This document shows positions 24,661-39,600 of a stretch of 64,000 nt of DNA, piece after piece. Below the pieces are notes generated by a model, which made no database searches, was not told the DNA's origin, and saw only the letters and a list, made by a program, of their open reading frames with translations. The position numbers and the translations under genes were made by a program. Positions within the stretch are counted from its first letter, which is position 1; each line of letters begins with the position of its first letter. This DNA is from Octopus vulgaris (taxonomy: Eukaryota), in the NCBI GenBank assembly GCA_951406725.2, contig OX597836.1, positions 47,864,001 through 47,928,000 on the forward strand. The letters are read 5' to 3'.

Positions 24661-27600
24661 GTAAGTCACTTTCACTTTTCTTTTCCTTTTCAGCTTTGTT
24701 GTTGTTGATTTTTTTTTTTTTTTTAAAGCCTTTTGTATGGATTTCCTATTGTGGTACACCATTTATTAAAAGTTTATTATGAAGTGGCTCCCCTGCTTTG
24801 CTAAACTTTATTTCAATTAAAATGCTAAATAGTTATATTTCCTACCAGAAATTAGGTATTTTCTTTTCTTTTCTTTTAAATTCAATTCCTTGAAGGAAAG
24901 CATGAAACAAAATATAATTGGCAGAGTGGACATATTTCCTGATTGCCTAATTTCAAAGTTCCAGCTGCTGGCAGAGGAACTGAATACATGACTCTTGTGT
25001 ATTTTGTGGTACCCTAAACAATCCCACTACTACTATTGTCCTAGATTTGATGTGCTCAACTAATAATCAATTACATTTTAAAGCTGATGACTGCGGACAT
25101 GCCCAGAGTTAGTGATAACTTCCTAATAAAACATAAACTGTTCCCGAGCTAAACCAAGCTAAACCAAATCCTCTTCAAGTCCTTGCAGCATTATAATAGT
25201 TGCTAATTGAACTTGGTTGTCCTTTTTTATTTACATTTTTTTCAGAACCTCAAGTGTCCAAGATGTGAAGCTACACTTGTCAGTGCTCCTTCACTCAAAT
25301 ACCATTTAATGAGTATTCACCAAGCTCTGGTAAGCAAAACTCCTGATAGAAATAATTTCATGCTGTCCTTGGTATTGGTTCTTCTAACCCCAACCCATTC
25401 TCAGAATTATATTTTCCAATATTATTTACACAACTTTCATATCTATTCATAATAATAATGATAATGATAATTATAATAATAATAATTTCAATAAGCTTCC
25501 AGTGTTTACAACTAACAAACTTTTTATTTCTTTCAATTGAAAAAAAATGATTTTTCAAAAAACTTTGAAAAAATATTTTTGTGTGTGCCACTTCTTGATA
25601 TCATTGACCTAAAACTTGAGTCATGGATTCAGGACTTGTTACTTGATATTCCATATGGCAGGCAGCTATATGCAGCTCAAACTATAGTGAAACACTAAAC
25701 ATCTTTCTCAGTCCTTTCAAAATTAGTACCACAACCAATGGGCCACAATGTTATCCTTACAGTTTATTTTCTGTATGTTTGTCTTATCCCATTTTAATGA
25801 TTTTTTTTTTTTTTGTTTTTGGAAACAAAAGTTATTTTTCCATGTCAGGAGTTGAATCGATTCATTTTGGAGAGCTATTGATTCCATTTAATTAATGATT
25901 CAATCATTAGAAAAGTGCTGTATACTTGTTTTTTTGTATTTGATTGGTTTGTAAATTGCTTTTGCAATTTATTGAATTATCCCAGTGTGTTTGGGCAGTG
26001 CAGATGTATTATAATATGGTACAGAGGTGAGCATTTCAGAGTGATCTGTAGCATATGAGAATAAGTCATACTTCAGTGTTGCTGTGTGTCACGGAATATT
26101 ATGTAATGGAGTTGGGTTTTTGGCGTTCTCTTTGTGAAGCTGAATAAGTTTAGTTGACCAAATTATTTTGTTATGTCTGTGTGTTTGGTAATGACAACAA
26201 CTGAAACAAGCTAACTGTGCTTGGGCATTGCACGGTAGCTTTGATCTGAAAGTTTTTTAAAGAAGGCTTATCAAACCAGTATTTAATTAAGGTGATACAA
26301 TTGATGTTGCATATTTTCGTAATTATGTGTTGTGTATCCCCTTGGGTTAAGCAGAAGTTCTAGGACTGTTCTGATGCTGGTTAATTCTATGTCATTGTGG
26401 GCAATTAGGCAGGTGACCGATATGTTTCTAGCAGATGGTCACTAAGTTGTAACATGCGTGTTTAGGGGATTTTTACTTACTTTGTTTAGTGTTGGGTTAT
26501 CAGTATTTGTGTATGGCTTGACATGAACCAGACAGTGTTGTTTTAAAGCTTATTATTCGTAACAAAGTGCTGTAGTTCTTGGTGGAAAACCTGACAGTGT
26601 CCGTAAAGCAATGCCATTTTTTGTGTAGAGTGAAGTTTGTTCTTTAACCCTTTTGTTACTGTATTTATTGTGAGATGCTCTTTGTTTCTTTCAATTATTT
26701 TAAATATATCAAAGAATTTAGTAAAATAACTTAGTTATCATTCAGCTAGTTTTAGGAACATAAATTGCGACTAAGGTTTGGTGGAAGATTTTAATTCAAA
26801 ACTTATGGTATCAAGACATTTGTACTAAAGAGCCAGAGGCGGTTTCAGCCGGGTTGGGAACGAAAGGGTTAATATTATATTGTTGGATTTATTTAATGGG
26901 TGCTACTGAAACCAGGGTGTGATTATGTATTGCTGAAGCCGTTAAGCACTTTTATATCTGGTCTGGTAATGGGAACTTGGTAGTGTTATATGTTGTGAAG
27001 ATTGGAGATATTATGTGGTTGAATGGTGTATAAATTTGATGAGTGGGAAATTCATTTGTCCCCATTGTTGTTAGCTATTTTATTGAATGATCAGCAAAGA
27101 GAACAATTGAATATTTCACTGATGTTTGAAACTTATTTTCAGTCACTCAGGGAAGTACGTCTAAGTCTTGCCTCATGGGCAACAGGTTCTAATCTTTCTT
27201 TGCATTCGATCAGTTTGCAGGAAGATGTTCAAAAATCTATTTTAGAGTAACACGAAAAACATGCTACTAATAATGGTAGCATGCCTTTCATTTTTCTAGT
27301 CCAATAGACTAAGTCTCCAAGAGTGGAATCAAGTTTACATTTGTGCTTAACCAAAAGATATGATGGTGGTTACTATTGTAGTTGTTACATTTAAAAGAAA
27401 CATAGTTTACTTTGAACTTTTTTTTTCTTTGTTAGTCTATGAAAGTGGGAAAGTAGCCAAGTCATTTTAGGTCCTCTTATTTTGAGGGAAGTGGGGTAAC
27501 TGGTTGATAATAGTTAAGTGCCAAATACAGGTCGTCGTCAACTTACAACCACAGTTGGTTCAGACTGACTATTCATAAGTTGGCCTATAGGCCTACATAG

Positions 27601-30600
27601 ATTTGTTTTATATTTTCACATTCTTAAGGTACATCCTCAGGTAAAAGTCACACACAACATTCTGTATTATACTATTATACTGACGTTAGTTAAAAATTTC
27701 AGAGTCTCAAGCAGTTGTCTTATAAACAAATACGAGGTTGCCTCGATGTCTCCACAAGAGGACAGTCTTCCAACACAGTGGCTATCAATAACCAAACCTT
27801 GGGGAAGCGTTTGTTAGCTGACATCATCCGTAGATGGGTTAATTTCAAAGAAATTAAACCTATTAGATTTCAAATGGTCTATTTATTATTGCTGCCATAA
27901 GCTGGTGCACCAATCCTTCTAAAGTTGATCAGTCGTAAGTTGACGATGACTTGCTAACTGTTGGTGGGGTCAGCTAGTAAAATATGCGAGACCCAAAGCA
28001 GCAAGAGGAATATTGTTCTACAAAATAGGGATTTGATATTTCATAAAACAGCTCAGTCGAATATTATTTACCATTTACATAGTGTTGTAATAAAAAAAAT
28101 CAGTTAATATTATTGTCATTGAAAACGGTATTATTAATATTATTATTATTGTTATTAAGAATTATAATCTCAGAAATTATGTCTAGTTTTGAGGAAGTTA
28201 TCTTGATGGAATTGCATTTGCTATTGTTTTTGAAATTTCCTTCATATCTCTTTATTAATTTACAGTTTTAATGAGTAAATCTATTTCAAGTGGCAATTTA
28301 ATCATTTCTAATAAAGCACCAATCATAAAGCTGACTTTTTGCTTACATATATCCTAATGACATGATTATATTTATAAATTGGGACATAAATTGAGCATAA
28401 TGTTGGAATGTAAACGTAGAAGAAGATCTTTTTCTGTGACTAGGGTTGTATGTTAAATGATAAACCATTACTTTACCATTATGGAAAACAGACCTTAAAT
28501 GATGATGATGATAATGATGATGGTGGTGGTGATGATGATGATGTTGATAAATGTATATGAATTTGATAGTGTGCACTTAGCAGAAGATGCACAAAAGTAG
28601 AATCTCTTGGAGAGTAATTCAGATGCGTTAGAGGTATTCAGGAGTCACCAGTAGAAGCCCCTTAGCTTGGTCAGGCGACAGCTTGCCGGATGTTATCTAG
28701 ATAGCATAATCAATAATAAGGGTCTTTGTATTGAAAGGAGCTAATACAGAGATAGAACAGTGAAGATGCTCCGATAAAGTTTCACTTTGTGTGTGTGTGT
28801 GTGTGTGTGTAAGAAACATAATAATGTAACCTGAATGTGGAGAGTCTGTAGATTGTGAAGGAGAAATACATAGAGTATGACCTGTTGGCCATAAATTGCC
28901 AATTTGTGGTGGCAAGCAGGCAGGTGGACAGATATTGAACCACTGGGCATTAGAGGTATTAAGTATTGAATACTGGAAATGACTGTTGGTATGGGGGGGG
29001 GGGGGTGATGGAATTGCTGTGTGTCCCAAGTGGAAGGCGAGGATGGTAGGAGAATTAGTGGGATCATCTCTTAGGGTGATGGATGAAAGAATGATGATGA
29101 GGAGTGCTGTATGTTAGACCCATCCAATCCTTGTAGTATTGTATCAATGGACATTAATGATGATGAAGAGGGAAGTTGCAATATTTGTTCTGGCTCACTG
29201 CACCCTGAGATCAAATCCTTTTAAAGTCAGCTTTGTTTTTCAGGGATTAATAAAGTAACAGTCCAGGACAGTGGGTTTATGGAATTGTTTGTGTCTAGCA
29301 GAATGCCTTGTGGTGTTTGTTTGGACTCTTTGTGTTCTTAGGTGGTAAACTTAAAAGCCCACTTGATCCTTGAGAGCCTTTAGCAAGGCGTGGTTGTGTG
29401 GTAAGAAGCTTGCTTCCCAACCACATGGTTCCAGGTTCAGTTCCGCTATGTGGCAACATGAGCAGGTGTCTTCTGCTATAGCCTCAGGCCGACCAAAGCC
29501 TTCTGAGTGGATTTGGTTGATGGAAACTGAAAGAAGCCCGTCATATATGTGTGTGTGTGTGTGTACGTGTATTTGTCCTCCCACCATCGCTTGACAACCA
29601 ATGCTGTGTTTACGTCCCCGTAAAGAGACCGATAGAATAAGTACTAGGCTTACAAAGAATAAGACCTGGGGTCAATTCGTTCGACTAAATGTGGTGCTCC
29701 AGCATGGCTACAGTCAAATGACTGAAACGAGTAAAAAAAAAAAAAGAGAATTAAGACTTAAAAGTTAGAATAACGACCGAAATGTTGATAAGTGGATATA
29801 AAATCCTGGAACAATTTGAAAACTGATCCTGCTTGGTATGTAGGAAGTGAATTAGTAAGAATTAGGAACTTAATATGGCCTACTCTGTGGCAGCAGCAGC
29901 AGCAATGTGTGTATATAACAATACAGTCGGATCTGTGATAGGTTAGTAGTATTAGTCATTAACTTTAAATATAATAAATACAGAGGAATAATTAGAAGCA
30001 ATTATGAAGTCCTTGAACTCATTAATGTGTTTGATGGGTTCTGTTTTTGAGGTGATTTAATTAGTAATGGGAGTGCTGTAATGAAGTGATGTGGTGCCAT
30101 AAAGTACCAAGACATTGCATTGAACATGGGAGATGTGCAGAGATAAGAGTCAAATGAGGTGAGCATGCTTCAGTGGATGTGTAGTGTTGACTCAGGGAGA
30201 AAAAGCGAGCTGAAGTCATGCCCCCCAGGATTGTAGACTTCAAAAAATAATGAAAACAGAGTTGTGTATCAATACTTGAGGCAGTTGAAGTGAACTTTAA
30301 TATCTGAACAACATGGAGTGGGTCACATGTGTCATCTACATGGTACATGTTTTATGTCAATACACACTGGGTTCGTTTGGGATTTTGTTTACTGGTTTGA
30401 TAAAATCTGTTTACTTTGTGATTGTGTTGCTAACAGATAGGACCAGCTGTTGATGTTTGAGTTATCTTCTCTTTGTTTACACAGAAGACCTAAGGTGGTA
30501 GTTAACACAAGAAGCCTCTTAACATGGCTAAGTTTAGCGAGATCTTGTTGTGTCTAGGGAGAGTCATTATGTTTATATTATTCACACATGCACTGGTTCA

Positions 30601-33600
30601 ATTCCGCTCCTTTATTATTAATGAATCAGTTAAATATCTGACTAACTAATCGATTGAATACTTCACATTGGTAGTAGAAAACACGGTTGAGTACGATACA
30701 TGACAAGAAGTATTCTTTTCTTGTACAGTTATTGTAGTGGGATTTGGATTTGAAGGGGAATTTTAGGAAGCAACCACAGCCTCTGGCTATGCAGAATAGT
30801 TACAAGATTTAGATATTTGGGTTCTTTAAACAGTTTTGCTAAAAACGAAACAAGATCCTCCTCTGTTCTTATCAGTACTTTCTAGCATACTCAGGTATCG
30901 GTTGCCTAGCACATGCAGATATTGCTATAGGTACCAGTCTCAAAGTTATAACATAAGCTTAATAAAATTTACCTTCATGATGAAAATATGAGAACTGCCA
31001 TGATTTTTCAGGAATCCCAACAAAAAGACCTTCAGATACTAGTATCAATAACTTTTTTGTTATGAATTTCTCCATCAAAATTTATTGGAATCTGGAATTG
31101 TTTAACTGGAAGTGTTCAAGACATTTTTTTTGTACTAAATGTCAACATTTCAAAGAAAAAATTGGTACATATTACTTGTAGTAATCTAAGGATACCATTA
31201 AGAAGGTATCTAGAAAAACTTCATCAAACGCAGGTGTATATAATACCATTTGTGAAATCTGAACCAGTGACTGTAAACTCACTTCTACTTGTCCAAGAGA
31301 GGAGGTAAATGATTTTACATAGGCAATTATTGATGTTATTATGGAGGTAAACCAAATCTTAAGAGATAGTGAAGGTAAAAATCATGCAGTGTTATAAGTG
31401 TGTGTACACTTAGCATTTTGCCACAAACTGACATTAAAAAAAGGCTATTAATTCTGTGTGCTCAGACATATATAACAATTCAATGTTAAACCATTTTATC
31501 AAAGGCTGTTTATAACTGATGATATTATGATGAATTGCTCTGGCAAATGTCTACTCTGGTAAGAGAGAGAGAGAGGGTTGTTATGGCAGTATTAGACTCT
31601 GCCTGTTCATGTACAGTTGCTGGCAAACTCTGATTAGCTGTTTTTCTTCAGAAACTGGTCAAGATTGATAGGGAATGTCTGTAGTTTCAGTTTTGGTAAT
31701 GGAATAGTAATAAAGTGGTCAAGATAGCCGTCAGAATTTATATCAAAGCAGCCTCTGTTCTTAAGCCATGAATCAAGTGAAAAACTAATGGAATGGTGCT
31801 AGACTTTAAAATGATCATGGCTGTGAGGTAAATCTGCAAAACGGAAAATTATGTCTTCTGCTACTTTCCCTTCCTTCCAACTGACATTGCAATATTCCAT
31901 TGTCTTCGATGTGGACACACTGACACACAATGCTCCAGAGCTAAGAAGGGGGGAAAAGGTCGAAAAAAAAAAACAAACTCCACTGCCAAATTGATGATGC
32001 TTCAAAGTAGATTCTGGTTGCTTTTCTTTGAAAGAGTGGAACACCAATTTCTAAATGGTGAATTCCTTGAACTCATTGAAAACATCTGTGACTCTTGTCA
32101 GATTTATTACTAATTCAAAAGGCCTCCACAGGACCCAGTGGTTGGGGTTGATTCTTAGTAATAAGGTTGATGTCAAAGTTTGTCTTGATTTGAAAAAGCT
32201 CATTACTCCTATTAAAGCCACAAAATATTGGAAGATTATCTCAAACAAACAATATGAAAAGGTTCATGATGAATATAGTTTTGATACGGGCATCATATTT
32301 TGGGACTCATGGTTGCCTTAAGTGACACTGAGAATAATTTTAATAATAATTAGTCTAGACAGATGAAGGATAGACCGAGTACTGGAAACCCATATTACTA
32401 CTACAGAAAGCCTATTTAGCTAGTAATAGCTCTGTGGAATGCCACAACTTGATAGCATCAGAAGCAATATAGAAATCATGAGAAGTTGGAGATGGCACTG
32501 ACAGTCTATTAAGGTGAAAAATGTTTTCCAGAATCACATATTCATTACACCTTGCGTGAAGGGACATGCATTTCATTCTGTTGTGATTGATCATATACCT
32601 GCTCTGGAGTAAGTGACAAGGTTGGAATAAATTTTTAACATTCTCTGCACAACATGAAAGAGTTTGAAGAAAGCTGAGGTAGGAGGGCATGAAAGTTTTG
32701 TTTCTAGCGACAGATAAATTATATAAAAATAAAACTTCAAATAATGGTAGAGTCCTGGTAGAGAAGGTCAGTTGATATCAATTTGGTATGGGGACACTTT
32801 CTGCAAGGTGCACAAGGACAAAATGAGTCAAATAAGGAAGTTGTGATTAGAGAACCTGGAACCTGTGTGGAACGTTGATATTGTGTATTGAAATTTATCT
32901 AATGAGAAAAGTGAAGTCCTGGATCAAGAAGAAAGAGAGGATGAAATATATAATAAGGCAGAAGTTAGTGACGCTGTTGCTTGTTCAAAAGACGGGGTTG
33001 AAAACTCAGATGAGTATAAAATGAATATGTAGAAGAGGAGAGTGACCACACTGACCACAAATCAAAAGGAAAAGTATGGTCACCTTCCTCCTCCTCATCA
33101 TTTAATGTCTGTTCTCCATGCTGGCAAGGGTTGGACAGTTTGATAGGAGCTAAAAAGCGACCTGGGCTTTGTTTTGTCTGTTTTGGCATAGTTTCTCCAT
33201 CTGGATGCCCTTCTTAATACCAACCACTTTACAGAGTGCACTGGGTGCTTTCAATGTGGCACCAGTCGTTAGGTTAATATGCTGGAAGAAAAGAATGAAG
33301 TCCAGTCTACGCTAAGTGAAACCATGTTGACCATTGGGGAGTCATAACTTAGGAAACTGTGGACTTAAATAGACAGGAACATAGTTTTGATTCATTGGTA
33401 ATTAAGAGAAAGGAAAAGAATTGATTTTTAAGTATAAATGCAAAATAAGAAGAACTGTATTTTAAATGAAGCTGTGGCTGACACCTGTTAGGAAACTTAC
33501 TTCAACAATATATAGCATCATCATTAGCATCATCATTATCATCATAAATTTAATGTCTGTCTTTGATGCTGGCACAAGTGAAAATGATAAAAATAAAGGG

Positions 33601-36600
33601 TGGGTGACACAGAGGTGATGAAGGGCAGCAGAATGATAATAATATAACTGTAGATAGGATATGGATGAGAGATAGGTATGGCAAGTGGGGGTGGGTTAGT
33701 AAAGGTTGTAAGAACGAGGGGCATGTAGTAATAGGAGTGGATATAGGTGAATATTGTGATTGGTGAAGGTGGAGGTGATCAATAGTAGAAATGAGATGTC
33801 GTTGGTCAGAGTGGGAGGGAAGGTGGTAAGAGGGAAAGGGTGATCAGTGGCAAATATGATTGAAAGTGGATGTTAAAAGGAAGTGGTTCTGGGAAGAGAT
33901 AACTAGTGGTATAAAAAAAAAGGGGGTGAACTATGTAGTTCAGCTCCTGTTGAATTACACCAGCAGAATAATGCAGTAGGTGGGGGAATGAGAAGGTGAG
34001 AAAGGTTTGACAGTTGGATGTGGGGCCCAGTTGTGTGTAATGCAAAATGCTTTTAGAAGCTCAGTTTTGCTGTGATGAACAGGTCTTGTCAGCTGGTCTA
34101 TGAGGCTCAACATCCTCAGATTGGCCTTTACTTCTTCCTCCCACATCTTCCTGGTTCTCTCCCTCTTTCACAGGTTCCATCCACATCAGTGATTTGTACT
34201 TCTTATTAGATTACGCATCACTTGTCCATCCCCATCCTGTCTTCTCTCTTCAGCATCTCATTCCTCTGCTCCACCATAAATGCAATATCAGTGTATATGA
34301 ATGACAGTACAAATGTGTTGAGATATATTGGTTATTTAGAACGTATAAACTGTAACTTAAGAACCAAATCCTAAATTTCCTGGAAGCTGTAACGAAGAAT
34401 GTGAAGACGGATGATTTTTGCAATTGACTGTTTTCCTATCCATTATTATGGTTTGTTCCCCCCCCCCCCCCGTTTCTACTGAGTCAGTTATCATCTGTCA
34501 ATTCATTGGTATGGAACTTTTGCAAAGTGTTTGAATCCATACCATTTTATATCTGATCTTGTTTTGTCCTATCTCTTGTGTTTATCTTCATTCTTATCAA
34601 AATCTACAGGTAACATTCACCTGCCACCTCGCTCTTCTATTTTGTTTCTCTGTTGAAAATCCCTTTTACTCAGTCACTGCTGTCATCTTTAGAACTGCAT
34701 TACTTTGTGATTCAATTCCTTCATTTTAAAAACTAAACCTGATTCTTTTGTCATTGTTATTTTTTTTATTTTTCTCATCATTCACCTGACTTTGCTAATT
34801 ATCAGTGGTTGTTGTTGTTGTTGTTTAGTCTCAAGCCAGTCACGATTCTGCAGATTTATGATCAATGGCATTTCAGCCCTCACCATCCATCACCTTTTTT
34901 TTTTTCAGGCATAGTGTATCTAGGATTATATTATTCAATATGTCTCTCTGTTTTTAAGACATATTTAGCCCCAGGTAAGTCCTGATTGAGCAGACCTATG
35001 ATCAAAGGCATGCCAGCCCAACATCCTGTCTGGTTTTTTTTCAGGTTTTGTGTATCCTGGACTACATTATCCAATATGTCCTTCAACTGTAGGGTCTGAT
35101 TTGAAGGATATTTGGCTGCTGTTTATAGCAGATCAAACAAGCGCATTGAGTAGGTAGTCTCCCGATCAGTCAGAGTTTATTGTGACACTGGTTATATTTC
35201 ATATATATATATGTGTGTGTATGTATGTATTTCAGGTTATGATAATACCATCTGTGAAGCAGATACTGATATTGGAATATTTCAGCAATGTGATGATATT
35301 CTTGTGTAGTTGCTACATTCGAAAATGTGTTTATATGAAGCTAGAACACTCTGCAAAATTCCCCCTAGTTTCTTTTCATGTTACAGCATGGTAGACACAG
35401 AGCAAGCCTACTCTGAAGCTGAATGGTCCCTAATTTTGATGATGCAGTACATGTGTTTGTGAAATGTTCCTGGCTACAAAAGTCAGGCACTTCTGATGAG
35501 ACACATTGCTAAGAAATGGATTTTATGCTTAAAGTTAAGTTTTGAAGGAACTCTGCTAAGTTCACTATCTCAGTGCTATGGTGAAGCAAATTTAGATATT
35601 TTAGACTAGAAGTCAAATGAAATTAGGAGTATTGAACTGGCACAGTGGATCTTGGATGCTATTGATTTTAAATTGAACATGTTTAAATCTAGTGAAGAGA
35701 TTTACAAGTAATAAATGATACACAGGCATAGAAAGATCAAACTCCCAGCCAATATGAATGTATATTTGTGTTATCTAGTCAGGAAAGCCTGTTGGTTTGG
35801 TCAGAGAAGATACTTTTAGAAACTTGGAAGGTAGTGCGTTGGTAGAATTCTTAAGGCATCAGGCACAACACCTTGCAGTATGTGTTGTGGCTCTTTAGTT
35901 TCAGAGTTCAAATCCTACCTAGGTCAGATTTGCCCTTCTTCTTCCAGGGTCGATAGAAAGTACCAGTCAAGTACTCTGGTTGGTGTCATTGACTATTATA
36001 TCAATCCTTCCATATAGATTACTTGACACTTCTTTACTCAATTCTCATCCTCCATATGATCCACATATCCATACCAGTGCAGTCTCATCTCTTCTTACTA
36101 CAACAAATCCCTCTTAAAACCTAGTTTCTCTCTTCTCTCAGTTCCTTCATCTTCCATCATACACTCACACTGCCATTATACATTTAATGTGATGCTGTTA
36201 CTGTTCATTACTCCAAAGTCCTTGCTCTCTCTTAAATTACTTACAATTCCATTTGCACCTGTCACATTCACAGTTTATATTGTGTACACCAGATAGTATT
36301 CTTACCTATTTCTTTTACCTGTATTCAACTTGGCTGCTTCCCACACAGCTCTTGTATCCTCTCTTCTTTCTTACTAAAACTTTTATTTTTTTCCTAGGCT
36401 TAATTTCTGACCTTTTGCTTCTACATTTTGGAATTTCTTCTGTAAATTTTTGACAAATTCACCTACAAGAACTAGTTATCAGCATACTGAAGATCCCACA
36501 GGCACCTGATCTTAAACTATTCTGTTATGGCTTGAAGTACTGTAATAAACAGGAGTTGAGAAATGAGTCTCTTGATGGAAACCTACCTGCATGTTGAATT

Positions 36601-39600
36601 CCTTGCTAACTTCCACTGTGCTCACAGCATCTCTTACATGACTTGCAAAGAGCTCTCACAACTTATTTGTCTTTGCTAAATGACCTTGCCAGATATACTT
36701 TCAGTATCTCAATGGTTATCTCTGATGTTTCAACTGCTTTTACTGCCTTCACTTTTTTACCTGTTGACTTCATTAGATGATCCCTATTTAGGATCCATCT
36801 GCTGCAGTTTCTGTCTCTGATCCTTTTGTCACAGGACATTGACAAATCTTTTTCAGCTTCTCTACTTGTTACCTGATAATGTTCCTTGCTCCAATCTTTC
36901 TTCCAGTTTTCCTGGCCTGTCTCTCAACATTTATAGCTCTATCAACTGTACCAAGCCATCCCTATGCTACCTTTTATCTGGCTGGAATCTTTCTCCATCC
37001 ACTGATGTGGTTCGTAATCTGTTGCTTCATACTAACTCCCAGTTGTCTTTATCTCTTCTACCTTCTTTTGATGTGGTTCATGTAGCACTTCTTTGAACCA
37101 ACCTCTATCAAGACATCTTTTCACTTATGTATCTTACTTCTCTGGATTGATTTGTATCTCTGAGTCTCTCTGACTCTTTACTTTGGTGTCACTAATCACT
37201 GTAATCTATGTTGGTTGGTTCTTTCTTCACCAGTGAGAGAGACTTAGCAGGTCACAGCCAACTGTCAGTTTATCCTGTTTCCTGGTATATATATATATAA
37301 AGTCTATTTGGTTTACATGTTTACTTGATTTGTTAATGGTCAGTTGGCTAGCTGGCTGGCTTCTTGAAGTTAGTGTTGCAAATGTTTAGCCCATTTCTGT
37401 AACAGAACCCCCAAGACCTTAGATTCCTCTTTATTCCTTGTACCATTAAAGTAGCCATTAAAACCACGGGCCATGATAATGGTGTCACTCGTTTGTTATT
37501 ACGGTCTTCTGCAAAGCATTTTCATAGAAACAATCCTTTTGCTGAAGTGTCCGTCTTGATACTGATGTTTATGAAGCGGTCACTGTCATATACCCTGGCC
37601 CCTTGACTTATTTATTTAGCTATTTCTCTGCCAATAACATGCCTACCTACTCACCCCAGCACCTATGCTCTCTGTTCATGGGGTACCTGGCTGGAGACCC
37701 CCACCCCCCTCTCCTGTACAGCACACATCTAAAGTTTTAACATTTCTACAATCTCTCCAGACCTACCTTACATCATGTTAACCTTGATGATGATGATGAT
37801 CATGGTGGTAGTCTTGAAGATTTATGTACCTGACATAAACAAAACATACAGTCTCTTCTATAATGAATAACACTATCAATTTATTCCATTTTCCTTAACC
37901 CATTGTTATTACTTTTTTTACTGAGTTGTAATCTACAATTTAATGAAACTAACTTAATCCGCATTTACATCGTACCAGTACTTATGCTGTGTAATATTGA
38001 ATATGATGCAACGACTTTATGTTGGCATTTAGAATAGTAATTATTATATTTGAATTTATAATTGAATCTAAGACTGATAAATATTTCTATAATAGCATGT
38101 CCTTGATTATCTTTGCTCGTTATCATTTTTAATTGAAGAGAATTAAACATTTTACACAGAATTCAGTTTGGGTATCCATTACCCTTTAAATTTATTTAGA
38201 ATTTAGCAGCTTTTGTTATAGGGAAATTCAATATTAACTTTTTATTTTGTAACTGAGCACATCACGTTTTTATAGCAATAATAATAATAATAATAATAAC
38301 AATAATAATAACAATAATGCATGATGAGTATGGAGGATAAAACTGAGAAGAAACTAAAATTTTCCAGTATCATTTCTAAATCACTGTTCAGTTGTTAATA
38401 CAGTCAACCAAATGTTTGATGAGTTTAGTTTCAGTCGTATTGCTTGTGATCTAAAACTGCTCAACACACAAACAAAACTATTTCAACTGAGTTTTTGTAT
38501 ATTTTGATTTTTAAAAAAATTTTGGATGGTGAAAGTTGCCTGGAAATTGTTAAATTTACTGTGTTTAGAGATGAAAATTGAAGTTAAATCAACCTTATTT
38601 TGTTGAATATTTTCAGTGGACCAAAGATTGTCCGGAAGGCAATGCGGATAACAAATCACTGAAAAACATCATGAAAAAACTCGGTAAACTAAATTGCCCT
38701 CAATGTGGCAAAGAAGTACGGAATTTCCAATACTACCAATTCCATATTGAGTGGTGTGGCCGAGAGGTAGGTTTTCCGATTTGCTGTTGTTTCCTTAATG
38801 TTGATAGGATTCCTCAACAGGTATTTTCTTCTCATTGGTTCTACTGATGGAGAACCTTCTGCTGTATATGGGGATCTTGTTCTAGAATTACACAATGCAT
38901 ATTTCACTGATGTTGACTGACTATGTCTCTGTATAATATCATTACTTCTAAAAGCAAATGAATCTTGATGAAAAGATTTTAAATACAAATTTGACCTTGA
39001 CTCGAAGGCCTAGAAGCCTTTCAGATGAGATTATTTGCATTGAAGTGAAAACAGACTCTATTCGTTTAAAATGTTAATTTTAGATAATTTGCTATTTATA
39101 TTCAGTAAACGGTGTTAGATTCACAGTAGGGGTTACAGTGTTAAAAACAATTTATATATATTGTAAACAAAGTTATAAGCACTGCATGTGTTGGAATTCT
39201 AAGAGTTTGCGAATGCAGGAAGGCTATAAGGACAGCTTAGAGAATGGGGTAAATACCCTTCAGAAGACAGAAAAAGTGGCCTAGACAGAATTTGTCATCA
39301 GAGATCTCTTAGTGTAATGATTTAGAGCACTCAGCTGGAATTTGAGAGGTGCAGGGTTTGATGTCCTGTGGAGGCTTGCTGACCACTTTTTCTGTCTTCT
39401 AAAAGGTATTTACTCAAATCCCTAAGCTGTCCTCACAGCCTTCCTGTGTTTGTGAACTCCTTTATTACCTCTGCCTTAGTGAAGGTGGGGGTATTGTTTT
39501 CAGTCATGTTTGTTTGTCCATGGACAAGATATCTCAAGAACCGCTGGATAGATTTGGATGAAACTTTCATGGATGTTTGGCCTCATGACTGGTACGAATT

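Noticed and set aside
22900-24708. 602-aa ORF as a stand-alone single-exon gene
   Set aside because: Its TTG start and hydrophobic ends are intronic read-through; splice sites at 22958/9 and 24660/1 join it to the zinc-finger exon.
26000-27250. Possible degenerate retroelement on the minus strand
   Set aside because: Composition is suggestive, but I could not read a diagnostic motif.
28343-28576. Poly-His ORF (also 58137-58370)
   Set aside because: Translation of (CAT/GAT)n microsatellites or RTE tails.
39303-39375. Functional tRNA gene
   Set aside because: Acceptor and T stems are degenerate (TTTGA instead of TTCGA); treated as a tRNA-derived relic. SINE heads elsewhere were rejected for the same reason.
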